A stretch of DNA of 64,000 bases from a bacterium. GTDB lineage: Bacteria > SZUA-182 > DTGQ01. The stretch is from the NCBI GenBank assembly GCA_040752695.1, contig JBFMGO010000019.1, positions 1-64,000 on the forward strand, read 5' to 3'. Shown here piece after piece: positions 57,898 to 64,000 of the stretch. Below the pieces are notes generated by a model. The model searched no databases and was not told the origin of the DNA. It was given only the letters and a program-made list of their open reading frames with translations. Positions within the stretch are counted from its first letter, which is position 1, and each line of letters begins with the position of its first letter. A program made the position numbers and the translations under genes.

Positions 57898-59186
57898 GTC
57901 GCCCTCAGTGCCTCCACCGGCACAAGATGTGCCGCCCGCCTGGCGGGTAAAAGCCCAACCACGATACTCCAGAGCATCATGCCAAAAGAGGTGGTCATAA
58001 CATTGCCCAGAGAAAGGGGTAGATACAGATAGTCAGATCCGATAACCAGGCCGAAACTCTTGCCAACGGGTATGCCGACACGCTGAGCAATAAAAATGAT
58101 GCCAACGCCCAGCAATGTCCCGATAAGGGTTCCGCTTACACCTACAACCAGGGACTCGCAGAGGAAATAGTGCATCACCTGCCTGCGGTTAAAGCCAAGG
58201 GCCATGATGGTGCCGATTTCCCGCGTACGCTCCTGGACCGCCATGTAAAGGACATTGGCCAGGCCGATCGCCAGAACGACAAAGAGAATTCCGGTCATAA
58301 TACCCGGAATAAGTTGATTCACCTTGATAATCCCCATAACCGGTCCAGCCACCTCCATCCAGGTAAAGACCTGCACGTCGTACCCTTTTGCCAAAAGCTC
58401 TTCCCTGATCAGCCGTGCTCCTTCCTCCACGGAAACCCCTCGCGCCAGATCAACCATGATGACCTGCGTGGCCGAATCGTCCACTCCGGCCAGTCGCCGG
58501 ACCGAATCCAGGGAGAGAAACAGGGCGGTATTCATAAAAAAGTCGATGGAACGCACCCGAAAGAGCCCTCCCAGGGTGACACTGGTGGCATTCATATACC
58601 CATCGGGCGTGATGCCGAGCAGAATCAATTCGTCCTTCAAGCCGACCTTAAGCCGGGCTGCCGTATCTTCCCAGATGGCTATTCCGGGGGGATCACTCTT
58701 TCCCGGCCAGGGACGAACCCCTTCGACGAAACGTACATCTGAGCCGAGCATCGGCTCATTGTCCAGTTCGAGGCCGAAAATCTGTACCGGCCTCGACCGC
58801 TCGCCGGTAGAGAGCAGCCCCCACAGCTTGTACCGCTCGCGGACCCGCGCTACCTGAGCCATTTCGCTTACTATCGATCTGACAGCGCCAGCGTCCGGGA
58901 TCAATTCTATGCGGCCCGTATTTTCGCCGGTGACCAGGAAATCGGAAACATGACGCGGCAAAAGAGGCTTTCCGCCCGAACCCGTGCCTGCAACAATGAC
59001 TACATCACTCAAAAGAACCCGTCTGGCTGCTGTTTCAAGGTTTGAGCGCACTGATTCGGTGAAGGATCTGGCTACGATGATGGCCGTAATGCTGAAGGCG
59101 ATCGATGCACCGATAAGAAACGAGCGATGCCGGTTCCTCAGCAGAAAATTTTTGATTGAAACCCTGATGAATCTGGTAAAGGTCAT
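57894..59186 (-). CDS. FtsX/LolE-type ABC transporter permease
   Basis: RNRHRS, V.ERTREIGTIMALG, PARRAAHL.PVEALR. Confidence 0.92.
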   Translation of the reverse strand: MTFTRFIRVSIKNFLLRNRHRSFLIGASIAFSITAIIVARSFTESVRSNLETAARRVLLSDVVIVAGTGSGGKPLLPRHVSDFLVTGENTGRIELIPDAGAVRSIVSEMAQVARVRERYKLWGLLSTGERSRPVQIFGLELDNEPMLGSDVRFVEGVRPWPGKSDPPGIAIWEDTAARLKVGLKDELILLGITPDGYMNATSVTLGGLFRVRSIDFFMNTALFLSLDSVRRLAGVDDSATQVIMVDLARGVSVEEGARLIREELLAKGYDVQVFTWMEVAGPVMGIIKVNQLIPGIMTGILFVVLAIGLANVLYMAVQERTREIGTIMALGFNRRQVMHYFLCESLVVGVSGTLIGTLLGVGIIFIAQRVGIPVGKSFGLVIGSDYLYLPLSLGNVMTTSFGMMLWSIVVGLLPARRAAHLVPVEALRAT

Positions 59187-59199
59187 GTGCGTTTTATCA

Positions 59200-60510
59200 T
59201 CACTGGAAAGATTTTATCTTTGACTGGAACGAGGCAGCCGCTCTGGAAGCAAGCTGCGTCCAGTTGTACTTTTGTCGCACGAAATCTCTGGCCGCCTGCC
59301 CCATTGCCTGCCTCTGGTGAGTATCCTGCAAAAGGCCGACGATGCTGTCTGCAAGAGCCATGGTATCATTGGGAGGGCATCGCCTTCCCAGCCGCTCGCT
59401 GACGATTCTGCCTGCGAATCCGAGATTGGATACCACTGCCGGTTTTGCCGAGGCCATGGCCTCAAGCAGGGTGATTCCGGCAGAATCAGAGGCAATGTAA
59501 GGCGAGATGAACAGATCACAGGCCGCGTACACATTCTGCTTGACTTCCCCCGAAACAAAACCGATGGTGTTAACCCGGTCGTGAATGCCCAGCGCCCTGG
59601 CAATGGACTTGAGACTGATGGCGTAAGATGGAAAATCGCTCATGTTACCGGCAATAACCAGGCGGGCATCGGGGAAGCGGTCGAGAACCGCCGGGAAAGC
59701 GGAAATCAGGTTATGCAGCCCCTTTTGCGGCTCGATTCTGCCCACGAACAGCAAAACCTCCCCTGTCCAGCCCCGCTTCTCTTTGAATCCCGGGACGGGC
59801 TCGTGAAAAAATTCGTCGGTCCAGATACCGACTTCATGGACCTGGATCTCGTCACGCGGAATATGCAGATCAGCCGAAGCCGTATCGGCGAATTCCGGGC
59901 TGACTGCCCAGATCGAATCGAATATCCGGATAAGCTGACGGAACTCACCGATTATCTGCTCGTAGGTAACTTTCGGCTTCCCCATGCTCTCCAGCATCGG
60001 CCCAAGCTCTTCCATATACCGGAAGACCGTGGGATAGGAATGCAGCAAGAGATTCAAGTGCAGATCAGGATGGATTCGCTTTATGATCTGGCCAAAATGT
60101 GAATAGCCGTCGGTTATCTGCAAGACATCGAGATCAAGCTCACCGAGCAGCTCAAAAAAGGTCTGGCCTATATTCCGGTAGGCCTCCTGATTGTGCGGCG
60201 GCATGAAGACATAGCCAAGTTCCTCGGCAATTTCGATAATAAAGCTGCCTGAAGTGCCCATCATTTCCCTGATGGAGTCCGAGACCTTCCCGGCCACGCG
60301 GGTTAAGTCAACAATCGGAATAGTGTGAACATGGAGGTTGCAAAGTCCCGTACCGAAGGCTGGCTCGGCATCCTCGGCACTGGATAGCTTTACCAGGAGG
60401 CAGTGCACTTCATGTCCCAGAATGGCCAGCGCTCTCCCAAGGTGGCGAATCCGCTCCATACCTCCTTGATACATGGGAAACCAGGCTTCCATGAGTCCAA
60501 TTTTCATCAT
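59200..60510 (-). CDS. Glycosyltransferase family 4 (GT-B)
   Basis: GGMER, FVGRIEPQKG, DSAGITLLEAMAS, YNW. Confidence 0.92.
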   Translation of the reverse strand: MMKIGLMEAWFPMYQGGMERIRHLGRALAILGHEVHCLLVKLSSAEDAEPAFGTGLCNLHVHTIPIVDLTRVAGKVSDSIREMMGTSGSFIIEIAEELGYVFMPPHNQEAYRNIGQTFFELLGELDLDVLQITDGYSHFGQIIKRIHPDLHLNLLLHSYPTVFRYMEELGPMLESMGKPKVTYEQIIGEFRQLIRIFDSIWAVSPEFADTASADLHIPRDEIQVHEVGIWTDEFFHEPVPGFKEKRGWTGEVLLFVGRIEPQKGLHNLISAFPAVLDRFPDARLVIAGNMSDFPSYAISLKSIARALGIHDRVNTIGFVSGEVKQNVYAACDLFISPYIASDSAGITLLEAMASAKPAVVSNLGFAGRIVSERLGRRCPPNDTMALADSIVGLLQDTHQRQAMGQAARDFVRQKYNWTQLASRAAASFQSKIKSFQ

Positions 60511-60524
60511 CGATTCCTTGTTTT

Positions 60525-62021
60525 TCAGTTTTCAACCGGTACGGGGACGATAACAGGCACCGGCTGGCGTGATATCTCTTCTTCTATGCCAAGGCAGGCA
60601 TGATTTCCGTATAACTGCGCATTTTCAGTGACTAAATCAAACATCCCCTGATCGACCATACCAATGCCGGGAACGGAGAATTCCTGCTGTTCTTCTCCAA
60701 GCTCCCTGTGGATGATCTCGATCAGCCGGTCCGCACCGATGGTCGGAGAGATGTAATGGTGGGGCATCAAAAGATTGGTTCCAGGCTGCAAGACTCCTTC
60801 CTCGATGGCAATCTGCTCAAGGCGGGTCCTCGGGTATATCCGCATACCAAGATGGATAAGCTTGGCCCGATGTCCCTCCCAACGGTTGCGAATCCATATC
60901 CGCTTTAAAACCTCCAGGGTTGCCTGCACTGTCCTTGGGGTTTCCCCTGGCGCGCCGAAAATGATCGACAGAAAAACTTCCAGGCCCAATTCGGTACAGC
61001 GATTGGCGACCCGTTCGATGAGAGAGCTTGACGCGCCTTTTTGCATGCTGTCAAGCATCTGGTCGGAAAATGAATCCGCAGCTAAAGCTACATGCACACA
61101 GCCCGCTTCGGCCATAAGGGGAAGCAGTTCAAGGCTCCGTTCATTGGCTGCCAGATTGGCTGCCCACTGAAGGCCCGGCTTTCGCCGGATGATCGCCTGG
61201 CACAGATCCATTGCCTGCTCATGGTGAATATTAAATACATTGTCCACGAAGAAGACCGATTTTATCCCGAAGGAATACCGGATTTCCATCAATTCATCTA
61301 CCACCCTGGCGGTAGATCGCAGCCTCAGGCCGTGTCCCTCGATGGATGGATAGGTGCAGAAGATACAATTGAGCGGGCAACCCCGCTTCGTCTGCACATT
61401 GGCGATAATACGCTCGTCCCAGGGATTGACATAGGAATGGTTATCCAGGTAATTCCTGGCTGGCGTGGGCACTCTGTCAAGGTCTTGGATCAGTTTCGGT
61501 GCCCGCTCTACGTAACTGCCTTCAGAGTCGAGAAAAGCCACTCCCTGCGGTAAAAGACGCGGATCTTTCCCCTCTTCCAGAGCCTCGACGATATCCACCA
61601 GTACTTCCTCGCCTTCGCCGCGAACGGCCAGGTATCCTTCACCAAGACTCCTCAGGATCTGCTCGGTACAGATGGTTACTGCCGCTCCGCCCAGAACGAT
61701 CGGCAATCCGCCCCTGCCCCGCTCGTCATTACCCGAAAGAAGTGCAATGTTCCGAACCACCGACAGAACAGCGGGAACAAAACTGATGGCGGACGGATAG
61801 CTGATCGCATCGAGATTGCGGATGGAAATCCCGATCACATCGGGCTGAAAATCCCGCAATACTCTTTTTACCTCCTCCTCGTACTGCATCCAGAGCGTCA
61901 GATCGAGGCAGCGTACTTCATGGCCCCGCTGATTCAAAACCGCCCCCAGAATGGCCAGCGCCAGAGGAGGAGCGGGGGTTACGAATAATTCACGACTGCT
62001 GTTACACAAGAGAACTCTCAT
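60525..62021 (-). CDS. Cobalamin-dependent radical SAM enzyme (short, SIRNLD type); first gene of the cluster
   Basis: PPLALA, IGISIRNLD, RGEGEE, KRGCPLNCIFCTYPSIEG, FGAPGET; GAGG RBS. Confidence 0.92.
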   Translation of the reverse strand: MRVLLCNSSRELFVTPAPPLALAILGAVLNQRGHEVRCLDLTLWMQYEEEVKRVLRDFQPDVIGISIRNLDAISYPSAISFVPAVLSVVRNIALLSGNDERGRGGLPIVLGGAAVTICTEQILRSLGEGYLAVRGEGEEVLVDIVEALEEGKDPRLLPQGVAFLDSEGSYVERAPKLIQDLDRVPTPARNYLDNHSYVNPWDERIIANVQTKRGCPLNCIFCTYPSIEGHGLRLRSTARVVDELMEIRYSFGIKSVFFVDNVFNIHHEQAMDLCQAIIRRKPGLQWAANLAANERSLELLPLMAEAGCVHVALAADSFSDQMLDSMQKGASSSLIERVANRCTELGLEVFLSIIFGAPGETPRTVQATLEVLKRIWIRNRWEGHRAKLIHLGMRIYPRTRLEQIAIEEGVLQPGTNLLMPHHYISPTIGADRLIEIIHRELGEEQQEFSVPGIGMVDQGMFDLVTENAQLYGNHACLGIEEEISRQPVPVIVPVPVEN

Positions 62022-62180
62022 GGGTATCCTCTTATTGTCCTTACAAGAACTATCGTTATAGGGGTGTTATGCATCAAAAACACGCCACCTTAGCCAGATA
62101 CCCCGCATGGATAGACATTGATGATATGGATAGACATTGATGATCCGGTAAACCGGTACCCAGCCGGTGCTCTTTTTTCC

Positions 62181-62264
62181 TAGAGGTAGTATACCTGTAT
62201 ACACAGGTCTACCTTTAGTGATCTTTTTCTTAGAGGTAGTATACCTGTATACACAGGTCTACCT
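62181..62264. repeat. 34-bp direct repeat duplicating the 3' end of the DUF2141 gene
   Basis: tagaggtagtatacctgtatacacaggtctacct at 62181 and 62231. Confidence 0.85.
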
Positions 62265-62844
62265 TTTCTGCATTGATCTCGAATCGGGAATCTTCAAACC
62301 GGGGAGGACCAAAACGGGGTTTTGGATTATTGGATGCCCCATATCCTTCTTTGGGAATCGCCCATAATTTTTTATCCAATTTTCCGTTGGAGTTCTCATC
62401 GTGTATGATACTGATTGCATAAACACCAAAAGGAATATGGGTAAATCTAATTTTCGATTCTCCATTTTCGATTTTATTGCTGATTGTCTGAAAAGCTTTT
62501 TCAGATTTATCAGGAAAGCCATCTTTTGAATCGTAGAGAAAAACCCGCACCTCACCTGTGTTATTATGAAAGTGAGTGATAGTAACTTCAATATCCCCTT
62601 GCCCTTGCCCGCCGGCTTCGAGAGCTGATCCAACCGGTGAGAAAAAGATCGAAGAGGAAATCACGATGAACACCATAGTGATGAACACCATAGTAGTGAT
62701 TGTGCTTACTCCTTTGAGTAAGCCTGCTCCTTTTATGTATACATGTCCCTTTGTCATCATAAAGCCCTCATCTACTTTGTTCAGATTCATTTTTAAGACC
62801 TTTTTAAGGATTTCGACATCCCTCTTCATACAATCCCTCTTCAT
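62230..62844 (-). CDS. DUF2141-family exported protein
   Basis: YAISIIHDENSNGKLD...IPKEGYGASNN...FGPPRF; start uncertain. Confidence 0.88.
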   Translation of the reverse strand: MKRDCMKRDVEILKKVLKMNLNKVDEGFMMTKGHVYIKGAGLLKGVSTITTMVFITMVFIVISSSIFFSPVGSALEAGGQGQGDIEVTITHFHNNTGEVRVFLYDSKDGFPDKSEKAFQTISNKIENGESKIRFTHIPFGVYAISIIHDENSNGKLDKKLWAIPKEGYGASNNPKPRFGPPRFEDSRFEINAEKVDLCIQVYYL

Positions 62845-63602
62845 ACAGCTTCGCCCCGTCAGTTACATCAGCATATACCTGCCCTTTGAGCCCACAGTAT
62901 AGACAGGATGTGACACTGCAATAGGAAATAGTATTATCTTTTATGTGCTGTCTCAGTTATCCATGACGTCAACAGGCACACCGGCAAAACTACCAAACCA
63001 GACAAAGGAACCATAGGGATGGATAACGTGATGACAAAGAGGGCTCCTACTACTGATACTTCTTCACAGCCAAGTTTATGATGAGAGGAACAGTTTTGAT
63101 CTTAAATTTGGACACTACATCAACGTCATTCACGCGAAAGCGGAAGTGGCAAAATGGCTGACGAAGATCAGCGCCGGAGAAGCTCTTTTACTTCTCTCGT
63201 TCAACCGGCTTGTCTTTACTTACGGTTTTAGCGCGAAAAAGTACAGGCGATTGTCCTCTCATGAAGTTTTCATCTCTGAGAAAAGATTGGTTAACGAAAC
63301 CTCTCCCTCCAGACATCTATAATGAGGGATTAAACTTTCCTTTTCCCAGGATATCAGTGCTTGGATTTATTATTGGGGGGATGACTTTCCTTTGCCCCTT
63401 TTAATTACTAATTTATATAAAGGGACGCCAATAATCGTATATTATAATTGACTTGGTTGTCAAGACAAAAGTTTAGCTTTTTTGAATACATATTATTTTC
63501 ATTACCAATATTCCATCCCTCCGGCATATAATTCTATGATTTTATTAATTTTAATCACTCATATTTATACGGCAACATACCTGATAAAAAGCATCCTATC
63601 CC

Positions 63603-63628
63603 GTCATTCCCGCTTTCGCGGGAATGAC
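63603..63628. repeat. REP/dRS3-like palindrome
   Basis: gtcattcccgc-tttc-gcgggaatgac, perfect 11-bp stem containing ATTCCC-N8-GGGAAT. Confidence 0.7.
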
Positions 63629-63879
63629 AAAAAAGGATGTGATGGCTAATGTATATGAGCAATTAATTTTATTATCTATTATATCGACTCCTGATACATC
63701 GATTCCTGAATTTTGCAAGGATGTTATTGCTTGAATCTTTATTTATAGGATAACTTTCCTTTGTCTCTTTTTTACACTTTATTTATTAGAAAGATATCAG
63801 TCTCAAATTAAAAATATATTAAATCCTATTTCACCGCTCAAGTAAGGTTAGTACAATACCTATCCAGTTCAAGACAGGG

Positions 63880-64000
63880 TTATCGACCGGTTCGATATCC
63901 TTTTCCTCTATCCTTTTCCTCTATCCTTGGGCCGAGGTCAACATTGTAAGCGCCATTGATGATCATACCGTTATAATCGATCTGGGTTCCGTCTTCGCGC
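63880..64000 (-). CDS. Possible 3' end of a gene entering from outside the window
   Basis: Open frame ...REDGTQIDYNGMIINGAYNVDLGPRIEEKDRGKGYRTGR* to TAA at 63880; too short to assign. Confidence 0.3.
   Translation of the reverse strand, partial: REDGTQIDYNGMIINGAYNVDLGPRIEEKDRGKGYRTGR

Noticed and set aside
24696..60102. Long plus-strand ORFs (e.g. 26425-27432, 28581-29345, 32639-33604, 45169-46005, 47064-47846, 59272-60102)
   Set aside because: Antisense shadows of well-supported minus-strand genes; no recognisable motifs
62071..62087. Sigma54 promoter ahead of the first cluster gene
   Set aside because: TGGCGTGTTTTTGATGC does not give GG-N10-GC spacing
63140..63200. gcggaagtggcaaaatggc resembling a tRNA-Leu 5' end
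   Set aside because: No T-arm (GTTCRA) or acceptor-stem complement downstream

Overview
Bacterial DNA from a diderm, probably anaerobic organism (outer-membrane barrels and LolA-like carriers; tungsten/molybdenum AOR-family, B12 and U32 enzymes). 1.2-8.0 kb (+): PEP-CTERM/XrtA-type exopolysaccharide export genes (priming sugar transferase, Wza, OM barrel, chain-length determinant, tyrosine kinase) with an internal sigma54 promoter. 8.2-13.7 kb (-): Pro-rich secreted protein, BaeSR-like two-component pair, MFS transporter, FMN-binding lipoprotein. About 13.9-62.0 kb (all on the minus strand) is one large biosynthetic cluster: an aromatic type II PKS (KS-alpha, an atypical Cys-bearing chain length factor, ACP, TcmN/WhiE-type aromatase, TcmJ-type cupin, DpsY/OxyN-type cyclase) with no recognisable oxygenase or ketoreductase. 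Its tailoring set is O2-independent: six cobalamin-dependent radical SAM enzymes, four AOR-family oxidoreductases with a changed active-site motif, a U32 Fe-S protein, and a 1104-aa U32-pseudoenzyme/3xSCP2 fusion. It also encodes free SCP2 proteins, a GT4 glycosyltransferase plus PIG-L deacetylase, an adjacent MetK, and MMPL/LolA-like/LolCDE-like export. My working hypothesis (inference) is an anaerobic pathway to a methylated, glycosylated polycyclic polyketide lipid handled on SCP2 carriers and delivered to the envelope. A decayed Rpn-family gene interrupts the cluster, and many genes carry diverged echo copies of their own 3' ends. All family calls are from motif recognition by eye; no searches were run.
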